A stretch of 64,000 nucleotides of DNA from an uncultured delta proteobacterium (lineage in GTDB: Bacteria; Desulfobacterota; RBG-13-43-22): contig CAWJJC010000017.1 of the NCBI GenBank assembly GCA_963843145.1, positions 128,001-192,000 of the forward strand, read 5' to 3'. A model generated the notes under the pieces. The model ran no database searches and was not told where the DNA came from. It was given only the letters and a program-made list of their open reading frames with translations. Positions within the stretch are counted from its first letter, which is position 1. Every line of letters begins with the position of its first letter. Below are positions 39,636 to 49,351 of the stretch, piece by piece. Position numbers and translations under genes: made by a program.

Positions 39636-42600
39636 TCGGAATCCCTTGTACCGGGCTTGAAGTGTTTGCGTTTGAGGACCTGTACCAATTCGCCGATGAA
39701 AGTCATGGCATCCTCGCCCAGGAGGCCTGACGACGCGAACCGTTGGACGATCAGCAAGAGCAAGGCGCTGGAGAGTTCAGGATCCACCGCACTGCTGTTC
39801 CACCATCCCGGGAAACAGTGTTTGTCCGCCTCCGCCAGTATGGCCGCGGCTACTTCGGCGGCTTGTTCCTCGTTTAAGGCTGGATTTCGCGTTTTAATCT
39901 TCAGGGCCAATTGCTGGCCGATGGGGCGTTTGGATTCCTCCAGCGCCGCGCGCACCGCTTCGGTCATAGCTTCCAGTTCTTCGATTAAGGCAATGCCCGC
40001 CAGGGTCCCGGCCCGCTTTTCATCGATGATGCGTTGCAGTTTTTCGGAAAGTGGCTGGAAGGCCTCGTCCTGTTCCAGATGGATGCGCAATTCGGCGGTC
40101 AGCATCGCCTCGATATCCAAGCGCCTTGGCATCCGGTTTCTTATCTTTCAATTTGGTGAGGAAATGCTCGTCCAGGACATAGGTGGGAAATTCCTTTTCC
40201 AGTTCCTCCACATCGATATGCTCCCGGATCAACTCCCGGGTGCGCGCCGCATCTTCCTCGGTCGTCTCCAGAGCCATTTCCGGATAGAATTTCTTACGGT
40301 AGAGCATATAGAACTTGGTCAGCCAGGCATAGGGACGTATGTAATCACTTAATTGCTCGTCGGGTTGGAGGGCCTCATAGAGCACCCGCAGGTTACGGTA
40401 GCCTGTATCGAACAGTTTTTCTGCGCCTTCCTCATCCCGCAGGATTTTCATGGCGGTCACGAATGTCCCATGGGAGCCGTCACGCGGCACCGTTTCCTCG
40501 GGGAAGAGTGACCACAAGGTCTCGAACTGCTTACGGAAATGCTCTCGAATCCGTTCGAAGGGGAAGGCGATATCGCCAAGCTCCTCGGGCCTGTAATTCA
40601 ATGCCTCGTTCAGGTGGTCAAAGATGCCATAGTAGTCGATGATCAGACCGTGCCCCTTCAGCTCGTTATAGGGTCGGTTCACGCGAGCGATGGTCTGCAG
40701 TAATGTGTGGTCCCGTAAGCTCTTATCCAAGTAGAGGGTTTGCAAAATAGGCGCATCGAAGCCGGTAAGCAGCATGTCGCACACCACCAGCAACTGCACC
40801 TTACGAAAAGGTTTGTCCTGATGCTCCAGGCGGTCCGAACCGGCCGGGATCAAGAATTCGTTGAGTAGTTTCTTGCGGTTGGCCTCACCGAGATAAAGCC
40901 TCTGGATATCCTTCGGATCATTTTGCGGCGCCTCGGAGATGACCGCCATCACCATTTCATCCCCCAGCCGTTCTCGTAACGCCTCCGTGTACCGTTTTAC
41001 CTTTTCCTTATCTTTACAGACCAACATGGCCTTAAAGCCGTTGGGAATCACATGTTCTTTGAAGTGCTTCACCAGGTCATCGGCGATCTGATCGATGCGT
41101 TTCGGCAACTCTAGCAGAACATCCAAGGTGGATGACTCATTCACCAGTCTGTTCTGTTCCGGGATTGGAAGATGGCCGAATTCCCTCTTGAAAGCGGCAT
41201 CGAGCTTGGCCCCATAAAGCTGCCAGTCGGTTTGGCGTGCCTGCCAGTGAATCGGCTTCACTACCCCGTCACGCAAGGCGTCGGTGACGGTATAGGGACG
41301 ACCCAGGTAACGCTCAATGGTGCCGTCATCCTTGATCTGGCCCCAGGCCACCGGAGTGTTGTGGTCGTCCTTCTCAATGGGCGTACCGGTGAAACCGAAT
41401 AAAGAGGCCCCTTGCACCGCCGCGCGCATGTAGGTGCCCAACTCCCTTTCTTGCGTGCGATGGGCCTCGTCGGCCATGACGATGACGTTGGGGCGCTGTC
41501 TGGTGATATGTCGCGGCATCCCCTCGAACAGGTGTACCGTAGTGAGTACCACGCCGCGGTAATCCCCCGACAGTTTGGCCTCCAGGTCGCGCTTGCTGGC
41601 TGCCACGTGCACGTTCTCGGTCCCGGTGGCCATCAGCTCGCGATCCATCTGGTCGCCGAGTTGTTCTCGGTCTACCAGCAGAATGACCGTCGGTTGGTTC
41701 AGTTTCGGGTCTTCCCAGAGGCTGCGGGCGGCATAGATCATGGTCAGGGTCTTGCCCGAACCCTGGGTGTGCCAGATGAGTCCGCGGCGTTTTTCCGGCG
41801 GCAGAGCGAGATCGGTGGCGCGGTTGAGGATGTCCTTCACCGCCATATACTGCTGATAGCGCACCACTATCTTTTCCGTCTTCCCGTCCCTGGTCAGGAA
41901 GACAATGAAGTGGCGGATGAAGTCCAGCATGTTGGCCCGGTCGAACAGCCCGTAGAGCGAGACCTTCATCTCGTCGAATTCGTCGATGGCGTGGGGCCAG
42001 GGATCGCGCCATTGCAGCCAGAACTGCAGGCGCCGACCCGGCACGCCGTACATCATCCGGGTTTCGTTTACCCCCACCCCATAGGCGTTGGTGTAAAAGA
42101 GCTGGTCGATCTCCTCGGCGTACATGCCAAGCTGTTTGGCCCCTTCGCGCCAGTCGGGTTTATTGCGGCTGGCGGTCTTGGCCTCGATTACCACCACCGG
42201 AATACCATTGATCAGCAGCACGATGTCCGGCCGGCGGGGCGAGTTGCCCTCCACCGGAAACTGGTTGGTTACCCACCACTCGTTGGCATCCGGATCGTCG
42301 AAGTCGATGAGCCGCACATCCTTGGATTTCTCGGAAGGGTCGAACTGGTAATTGACGCCGTTCTGCAGCCAGGCCAGCCACTGCTGATTGTCGCGGCAGG
42401 CCCGCAGTTTGGTGATGATGGCGTCTATCCGCGATTCGTCGGTAAGGATGGCGGGGTTCAGTTGCTTAAGCTTTTCCCGCAACAGCGGCAGCAACAACAC
42501 CTCCCGCTCGTCCGGCCGTAGCTTTGTCACCTGTTCCCGGGAGCGGTAGGTCCAGCCTAGTGCCTTGGTTTGCAGATGCTCAATGATTTCCCGCTCGACG

Positions 42601-42669
42601 GTGGTCTCTTCGTTGAACAGGTGGGTAACGACTGGTAGGCGCGGCGAGGCTGTCGTTCATTTCATCCAT
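39632..42669 (-). CDS. hsdR: Type I restriction enzyme R subunit (frameshifts near 42640 and 40125)
   Basis: RPDIVLLINGIPVVVIEAK, TQGSGKT, DEAHR, FTGTP, MLLTGFDAP, QTIARVNR. The C-terminus continues in ORF 39632-40132; N-terminal FNEETTVE lies upstream of 42530. Confidence 0.92.
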
Positions 42670-43992
42670 GGATAGCCCCCTCGGGAATGCGGATTTTGCC
42701 GGTGAGCAGGTTTTGGAGGAGGGATTTTTTGACCTCCTGGAGAGCGTCAACCTTCTCTTCTGACTATGCAATCAGGCTTGGTCGGCAGCCTCAATGACCT
42801 CGACGATTTCTCTTGCTCATCCTTTGCCGGGACTGCAACAGGAATTCGTTTTCAATATCGCGCTGATGCCCAATCTTCCATCAGACCGCTTGCCCGACTT
42901 GGCTTTTGCTTGAAGCCTGAGGAGGAATACTTGGACTGCCAAAGATATCGGCATGAAATGAGCTAGTTGCAGCCGTTCCGAATACTATGAATCTCAGTAC
43001 TGACACAGAAGACTCGTCAGCATATATCGATTAGCTCTTGAACTGGCATCGCTGTCTGACAATTCCACCGATCAGCCAATGTAGTCTCGGTCTTCCATTT
43101 CCACGGAGCTACAATAGAAGTCTCACGTTTGAGCCTGAAGGTGCAATAATCACCCATCGTCGATATCAACGTACGTGACCTTATATAACATCGCACTCAC
43201 CGTCATGATCAGGTGACATTCAATTACGGTCCGGACGTTAGGGCTACTCGTGGTGAAAGCCATGTCGAAGGTTTTCAACGACGTCCTTGACATAGTCCAG
43301 TCGGATGGCAATCGGTCCATCTTCGTTTCAACAAACTCCGTGAGGTCTTCCAGGCATTCCGGTGACAAAAAAGGTGTGAATCAGCGACCGCTTCAACTCC
43401 CGCGTCGCCTCCAGCTCGGCCTTGGCCTTGGCTATGGCGTCGTCGGCCAGCTTCAGCGCGGCGGCAATGCGGCGTTGTTCCTCTAGTCCCGGCCAAGGAA
43501 CAGTAGTCGCTGGTAATCGCGCCAATTGAGATTTCGCATTTGGGTGGATTGCTGCTGAACCCTCTCGATTATGCCGGTGCGTTGTAACTCGATAAAGCAT
43601 CCAACCTAAAAACTCGGGGTTACCACATTGGGATTTGGGCGAAGCACCTGAATGAAGTTGGAAACAGTCATGCCGGGTAAGTCTTCGTGATAAAACCAAT
43701 ACGACCCACCGGCTGGTCTGGTCCGCCGCCTGATCGCTCTACCAGCAGAGTCACCTTTCTGAAGGCCAAAAGTTTTTGCCTTTTCGGGCGTGAAGTAGCG
43801 AGTGGCTATATTGCTGAAGTCGAGCGCGCCGCTATTGGTGAAGTTGGTTGAACGTAGAACGGAGACGGCATATCTCACCTTCATCTGCGCCCCAATCTCC
43901 CGAAAACTGCTTCTCCAAAAGCGTTCGAAGCGGTTTTGGCCGCCAGTCAGCCGGAATATCGCCAATAATGGTGTCGTGCGATGGGTCAGCAT
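42662..43992 (-). pseudogene. hsdS: Type I R-M specificity subunit with many frameshifts
   Basis: Fragments across frames: MLTHR..(G)DIPADW, VLRSTNF..GLQKGD, PWPGLEEQRRIAAALKLADDAI..LKRSL, KSLLQNLLTGKIRI; lies between hsdM and hsdR. Confidence 0.8.
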
Positions 43993-46183
43993 TGAGAGGC
44001 CTCCATTTGAGCTGAGGCCATTTCCTTAAGAATATTTCTGCAATGCTTCCTGCGCTTTACTGGCTGCGCTTGCGGCTGTATTACGAGATTTGTCAATGCC
44101 TCATCCAACGGCACCACCTTCTCCGGCTCAAAGGTGTCCACATACCGCGGCAGATTGAGGTTGAATTCGTTCTCCTCGATCTCGGCCTTGTCCACCACGG
44201 CGAAGTAGCGGCGCGCCTCGTCTGGGTCGGCGAAGATACGGCCCAGATCGGCGGCGGCTTCCCGCAGGTGGGCGATCTCCCGCTCGGCAGCCATTTTTAT
44301 CTCCTGCTCGCGGCCGTCGCGCTCCTCCTGGAGTTTTTTCAGCTCCTTCACGGCCCTGTTCACCTGCTTAGTGCGCTCCTTGAGGGCGGCGATGAGCTTC
44401 TTGCGGGCATCTTCGAAGGCCTTTTTCGGTTGGACGAGCTTAGCTTTCAGCGCCGACTTCTCTCTGCGTCCGGCGGCGTTGATCTCGGCCTGCACCTGAT
44501 CCAGCTCAGCTTTGAGGGGAAATAACGGATGAAAGTAGGGGTGTTCGGGGCTAATGGCCTCGTCAACCGCCTTCACCTTCATATCCAGCGCATCGAGGGT
44601 GGTCTGTTCTTCCTCCAGTCTCGCCAGCGGGGCCAGCACTGGGCCGAAGGCGTCTTCAATATCTGCCAGGCGCTCGTCGCGCTGTCCCTCCACCTCGCGG
44701 ATCAGATGCGCCTCGTGTTCGGCGACCAGCACCTTGGCCTTGTCGAGATCCCCGAAGGCGTGCCAGGGGACCAGGATGCGCATCAGGTCCGAGGGGCGCA
44801 GCAGGTTCTGCGGGTTAGTCTTCTGAAAGTGGCGCGAGGCCCAGATCATCAGGGTCTTGCCCTTGCGCTCTTCAGGTTTATTTTTATTGAACAGCAGCAG
44901 GCAGGCGGGCACGCCGTTGCCGTAGAAGAGCTTGGAGGGGAGCACCACGATGCATTCGATAAGGTCAGCCTCCACGAAGCCGCGCCGGATCAGATACTCG
45001 GCATCGGCCTTCTGGTTCTGGCCGTCCTCCTCCTCGGTCTGTTCGGGCTGGCCGCGGAACAGCACTCCCTGGGACATGACCACCATGCCCTTGCCGGATT
45101 CGCCTGTTTCCGGGTTGAATTCCTTGAGCGACGCGATGATCTGCAGCAGCCAGGCCCAGTCGCCATTGGAGGTGGGCGGCAGGCCGAAGGACATGCGGCC
45201 GAATTTGTCGCCGGCGGCCACGGTATCGTGTCCCCAGTCCTCCAGCGAGAAGGGAGGATTCATGATGATGCGGTCGAACTGTTTCAGCCGATGGGCTGCC
45301 GAGAGATGGCGTGGGTCGCGGAGGCTGTCACCCTGTTTGTGGTCCCACACCGGCACGCCGTGCAGGATCATGTTGATGCGCGAAATGTTGTAGGTGACGA
45401 CGTTGGACTCCTGCCCGTGCAGGAAGAGCTGGCGTACGTCTCCCCCGTGTTTCTTCACAAAGCGGAGGCACTGCAGCAGCAGACCTCCGGAGCCGCTGGC
45501 CCAGTCGCAGATGCTCATGCCCGGCCTGGGCTCCAGCATTTCGGCCATGAGAAACCGACCTCGGCCGGAGTGTAGAATTCGCCGCTGGACTTGCCCGCCT
45601 TGCTGGCAAAGTTGCGGATCAGATACTCGTAGGCGTTGCCGAACAGGTCGTCGGAAACGTGAGCGCGGTCGAATTTCTGGCTGCCGAAGTGGTTGATCAG
45701 GTTGACCAGTTTGTCGCGTGGAAGTTCGTCCTGCTTGTTGAAATCGATCTTGCCGGTAAGGATGCCGTCGAAATTGTTCTGCCGGTGGGCGTTGGCCCGC
45801 TCGATGGCCAGCATGGCATCGTTCAGGGCCTGACCGAGCTGACCCTTGGCGGTGCGGGCGACCTTGTCCCAAGCGGCTTCTTCAGGTACGGTGAAATGAT
45901 GCAATTCCTTTTGGCGGGCGAGATATTCGGCTTGCTCATCCTTCAATCCCGAAATAGTCAATTTCGAGGCGTGTAGACGCACATCTTCCTCAAAACAGTC
46001 GTTGATCCGCTTGTAGAAAAGCAGAGCAAACACGTAGCCGCGAAACTCGGAATGATCGGCGTTGCCGCGGAGGATGTCCGCGGCCTTGTCGAGATAGTTC
46101 TCCAACTCGGCCTTGGTCATGCGCCGCGTCGGGCGAACGATAATCGGCCTATCGAGCGTGGCGAGGAGTTCGTTCAGATCCAT
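43986..46183 (-). CDS. hsdM: Type I R-M methyltransferase subunit (frameshift near 45553; long helical insert near the C-terminus)
   Basis: [56 protein letters not shown]. Confidence 0.92.
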
Positions 46184-46196
46184 GAATCTTCCATTC

Positions 46197-46409
46197 CTAT
46201 AAATTGAGGCTCGGCCCGATGTGCTTTTCTTTACAGAGCTGATCGAACTGCCGTCGGGCCAGCTTCGAGGGCACGGTCTTGCCGTTCTCCCAGCGATTAA
46301 CTGTGGCAAAACTCACCCCCAAGGCATGAGCGAGTTCCTCCTGAGACAACCCTAATTGTCGTCGGACATCTTTTACCAGTTCAGTAAAGTTCTCAGATGG
46401 TCGGTTCAT
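46197..46409 (-). CDS. XRE-family HTH regulator (controller-like) leading the hsd operon
   Basis: [28 protein letters not shown]. Confidence 0.9.
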   Translation of the reverse strand: MNRPSENFTELVKDVRRQLGLSQEELAHALGVSFATVNRWENGKTVPSKLARRQFDQLCKEKHIGPSLNL

Positions 46410-46484
46410 TATTTTGAGTATCTTTCACTTGGGTTTAAGCAGGGCTACGCCGGGTACCTTTTTGCCATTTCATTCCATTGGAAA

Positions 46485-46512
46485 AATATAACATATGCTA
46501 TGCCTTCTGCAA
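46485..46512 (-). promoter_or_regulatory. Promoter TTGCAG-N16-TATATT (extended -10) with overlapping palindrome ATAACATATGCTAT
   Basis: 12/14 palindrome at 46488-46501 spanning the spacer and the -10 box. Confidence 0.5.
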
Positions 46513-47001
46513 GAAAAAAAGGGAATTTACAGATTTGTCGATGATGTCACATATGGATTTGCGTCAGAAAAGACGCCGGCTACCAGACAAGACGCGGGGA
46601 GCGAGGGGAGAATTGTGTTAATTTTACGATTGGTTAGAAGCTGATGCGCATCATTCCAGGTTCAGAAGTGCTCAGTCGCAAAAGTTCGTCCTGGATGAGA
46701 TTTCAGATAATGAAAAGTACTCAAGGGAGTGGCTTCCCACGGCGTGGTTCGAAACGCATCCTGGTGTTTTTGTGGAAAAGATGCCCGGCTTCGCCCGATG
46801 GGCTATGCCGTGGCAGTCTTTGTCCTCCACAGCGTTCCGAACGAAGCCAGTGGGGCGATGTCCATCACATTCTCGGAAAATCATGCCGGAATAATTACGT
46901 TTTTCAATAAATGTTTTTCAACGATACCCTCAAAAATACCCCCCATATAGCAACCGCCGATCCGCAAATTAAACATTCTGAAATTTTAATAATATAGACA
47001 C

Positions 47002-47027
47002 AAAAAAGGGACGGTAGAAACCGTCCC
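47002..47027 (-). terminator. Intrinsic terminator of the three-gene operon
   Basis: GGGACGGT-TTCT-ACCGTCCC-TTTTTT on the minus strand. Confidence 0.8.
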
Positions 47028-47056
47028 CAGAGGGTTGCATATTTTAATTAAAAATC

Positions 47057-47380
47057 TCACCTTTGCGAATTTAGATCCGAAACATCTCTTTCTTTTAGTT
47101 TTTTATAATATTCGGGTCCAGTAAGACTACAATCAACTAATTCATTAAAATCGTTATCTTCCAACATTAACGCCTCCGCAATCCATTTGCTTTTGGAGGA
47201 TCTCATTATTCTATCGTGTTCATTCGGAATCTTTACCTTTGTGATTAGAACTCCATCGATGTAAATATACCCTTTTTCATGGTCATTTCTACCTCGTAAA
47301 ATTATTGGTTGAACTTTTTTCTTGATGCTGTGCCTTATTTCCTTCTCGGTAAAATTCTTAATTGCCACTTTTTTTGACAA
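47057..47380 (-). CDS. HicA-like small basic protein (putative toxin)
   Basis: 107 aa; helix, then RNDHEKGYIYIDG..KVKIP, then IAEALML..FNELVDCSLTGPEY; alpha-beta-beta-beta-alpha pattern with His in the first loop. Confidence 0.55.
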   Translation of the reverse strand: MSKKVAIKNFTEKEIRHSIKKKVQPIILRGRNDHEKGYIYIDGVLITKVKIPNEHDRIMRSSKSKWIAEALMLEDNDFNELVDCSLTGPEYYKKLKERDVSDLNSQR

Positions 47381-47846
47381 GTGAACAGAGGATTTTTAAC
47401 CAGGCACGTGGTTTTCCCCCCAATTTTTTTTTGGGGATGGATTGCAAATACTCATACAAGTCGAGTAATTCACCTTCCAAATCGGTCAAAGCTGAAATTT
47501 CATCGCTACCTTCGCCATAAAGTTCCAAGTCGGCTCTAATAGCGAGGACCTCGTCTTTGTACCTTTCAACTGTTGCTTCAATCAGTGTTTTTGCAGCATA
47601 TCGCTTGTCAATGAAATCGCAAATAAATGCTTCCATTGAAACAGGTTCATCCAATGCGTCAATCGTTGAGCGGTCCCCTAGGGGGTGAAGGTACTTTAAA
47701 ATGTTCTCAACCCCGGACGTGCCGGTTTGCGGCCTTACCCTAGTGGAAGTAACGGTCGCTGTAAAAGGATGATAATCGATTAGAAATTGATAAGCTCCCC
47801 GGGTATCGCAAGATGGAATTGACTGCCAATCCTCAACGTTTTTCAT
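47358..47846 (-). CDS. HicB-like protein with a long N-terminal extension (putative antitoxin)
   Basis: C-terminal half IEATVERYKDEVLAIRADLELYGEGSDEISALTDL..LYEYL..KLG resembles the HicB partial RNase H fold; no DNA-binding domain evident. Confidence 0.55.
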   Translation of the reverse strand: MKNVEDWQSIPSCDTRGAYQFLIDYHPFTATVTSTRVRPQTGTSGVENILKYLHPLGDRSTIDALDEPVSMEAFICDFIDKRYAAKTLIEATVERYKDEVLAIRADLELYGEGSDEISALTDLEGELLDLYEYLQSIPKKKLGGKPRAWLKILCSLVKKSGN

Positions 47847-48225
47847 GACTTATCTTTTCTTTCTTGTCGATGATTTTATCCAACTTCTTTATTCTATCAT
47901 CGAGCCAATTCCTCAGTATTTTGGCGGTTTCTAAGTTCATCACGATACCGGCTTCGATTTCACGGACAATACCTTGCTTTCCTACGCGCTTTAGCTCTTT
48001 TCCCAATCGTCCTTCGGGACCAACTTCATGTTCAATTATTTGAGGAGTAACTTGCCTTTGAAGGAAAAGATCCATATAAATCATTAAGTTGGGTGTTACC
48101 CCACCGAAAATGCCGTCCACATAATAACTCCGGTAGCCGGCGGTTTTAATGTAGTTAACATCAACAGTTTTTGGAGGACTTTGAACGTCCACTCTGGCAT
48201 TTTCTTTTTTCTTGGAAGAAGTCAT
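47833..48225 (-). CDS. Hypothetical protein (DUF3467-like beta-sheet plus C-terminal helix)
   Basis: YVDGIFGGVTP..MDLFLQR..IVREIEAGIVMNLETAKILRNWL; first gene of the overlapping triplet. Confidence 0.65.
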   Translation of the reverse strand: MTSSKKKENARVDVQSPPKTVDVNYIKTAGYRSYYVDGIFGGVTPNLMIYMDLFLQRQVTPQIIEHEVGPEGRLGKELKRVGKQGIVREIEAGIVMNLETAKILRNWLDDRIKKLDKIIDKKEKISHEKR

Positions 48226-48256
48226 TGTTTACCTTGAAGTATATATTGAGTAATTC

Positions 48257-48285
48257 CAGATACCATATCTCAAAATAGCCGTCAA
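48257..48285 (-). promoter_or_regulatory. Promoter TTGACG-N17-TATCTG (extended -10) of the triplet operon
   Basis: Boxes read directly; short palindrome AGATA-CCA-TATCT overlaps the -10 box. Confidence 0.5.
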
Positions 48286-48424
48286 CATTTTTTTGGGGTA
48301 TTTTTCGGGCAGAATCATACCCTTACAATAGGCTAAGATGATGGCCCCCTCGGACAAAGGACAATAAAAAACCCGCTTTTTACTGCGGGTTATGTCCTTC
48401 TTTGGTTTATGTTGGATTGCCTTC

Positions 48425-48775
48425 TGGTGGAGGCGGCGGGAGTCGAACCCGCGTCCGAAAATAGGTCACTTAGGCCTCTACATACTTGTCCTGGTTTTTA
48501 TTTGTTCGCCGACCCGTTTTCCACCAGGCGGGAATTCCGGCCAGCTATCCTATTTAAAGTTTCACCTTTTCGGCAACAGGCAACCCGATCCGGCTATCCT
48601 GCTAATCGACACCTCTGGTCCCTCCGCAGGCTGAAAAACCGAGGTGTTAGCCTATTAAGCGGCTAAGGCGTAGTTGTAGTCGTCTGCGACTATGTTTTCC
48701 TACCAAGTTTACGAGTTGATAGGAACTCGGTATGCCACCCAAGCTAAGTATCCCCGTCGAAACCGTTTCGCCCCC
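48425..48775 (-). ncRNA. ssrA: tmRNA; tag peptide (A)ADDYNYALAA
   Basis: 5' GGGGGCGAAACGGTTTCGACGGGG; 3' GGTTCGACTCCCGCCGCCTCCACCA; tag ORF GCAGACGACTACAACTACGCCTTAGCCGCTTAATAG from 48687; follows smpB. Confidence 0.97.
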
Positions 48776-48836
48776 TTTCTTATTATTATATTTTATTATA
48801 AGGTATTTTTATTAAAAAGTCAATGCCCCACCGGCG

Positions 48837-49295
48837 TTACTTTTTACTACGCAGGTTGCGCTGCATCTCCCGCTGCTCATCCCTTTCCCGGATGGTTTCC
48901 CGCTTATCGTACAGTTTCTTCCCCTTGGCCAGAGCGACCTCCACCTTGGCCTTTCCACTCCGGAAATAAAGTTTCAGCGGGATGAGGGTCAACCCCTTGC
49001 CCTGGATTTTCCCCATGATGCGCTTGATTTCATGGCGGTGCAGCAACAGCTTTCGGACCCGGGTGGGGTCCTGTTCGCCGGCCGGCGCATTTTCATAGGG
49101 ACTGATATGGGCCTGGAGAAGCCAGATTTCCCCGCCCTTGATCTGGGCATAACTATCCTTCAGATTGGCCCGGCCCAGGCGTAAAGACTTCACTTCCGGC
49201 CCGCTCAAAGCCAATCCCGCCTCCAGGGCCTCCAGGATCTGATAATCATGATGGGCCTTCCGATTTTGGCAGATAATCTTAATGGTTTCAGCCAT
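48837..49295 (-). CDS. smpB: SsrA-binding protein
   Basis: NRKAHHDY, EAGLAL.G.EVKSLR, RKLLLH, AKGKKLYDKR. Confidence 0.97.
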   Translation of the reverse strand: MAETIKIICQNRKAHHDYQILEALEAGLALSGPEVKSLRLGRANLKDSYAQIKGGEIWLLQAHISPYENAPAGEQDPTRVRKLLLHRHEIKRIMGKIQGKGLTLIPLKLYFRSGKAKVEVALAKGKKLYDKRETIRERDEQREMQRNLRSKK

Positions 49296-49351
49296 GGTCG
49301 TTCAGTCTTTTACATCTTTAAAATTTGAACCAAAAATTCAAAAATTTTTGG

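Larger units (their letters stand above)
37576..48424. other. Defence-type island 2 at the 3' side of tmRNA
   Basis: Fic, M48, type I R-M, XRE and a TA-like triplet; mosaic GC; no integrase seen. Confidence 0.75.

Noticed and set aside
41412-42521. 369-aa plus-strand ORF (likewise 44529-45575, 13076-13840, 15345-16088, 19010-19780, 38318-39085, 59755-60531, 62611-63381)
   Set aside because: Antisense shadows of well-supported GC-rich genes; no motifs or RBS.
46644-46950. Short ORFs between XRE and the TA-like triplet
   Set aside because: No recognisable motifs or RBS; they overlap a REP-like segment and are probably non-coding.
37576-48424. Intact integrative element or prophage at tmRNA
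   Set aside because: No integrase, no phage or conjugation genes, and no convincing duplicated 3' end of ssrA.
48392-48985. ORFs overlapping ssrA, and ORFs over the tRNAs at 56954-57368
   Set aside because: Explained by the RNA genes.
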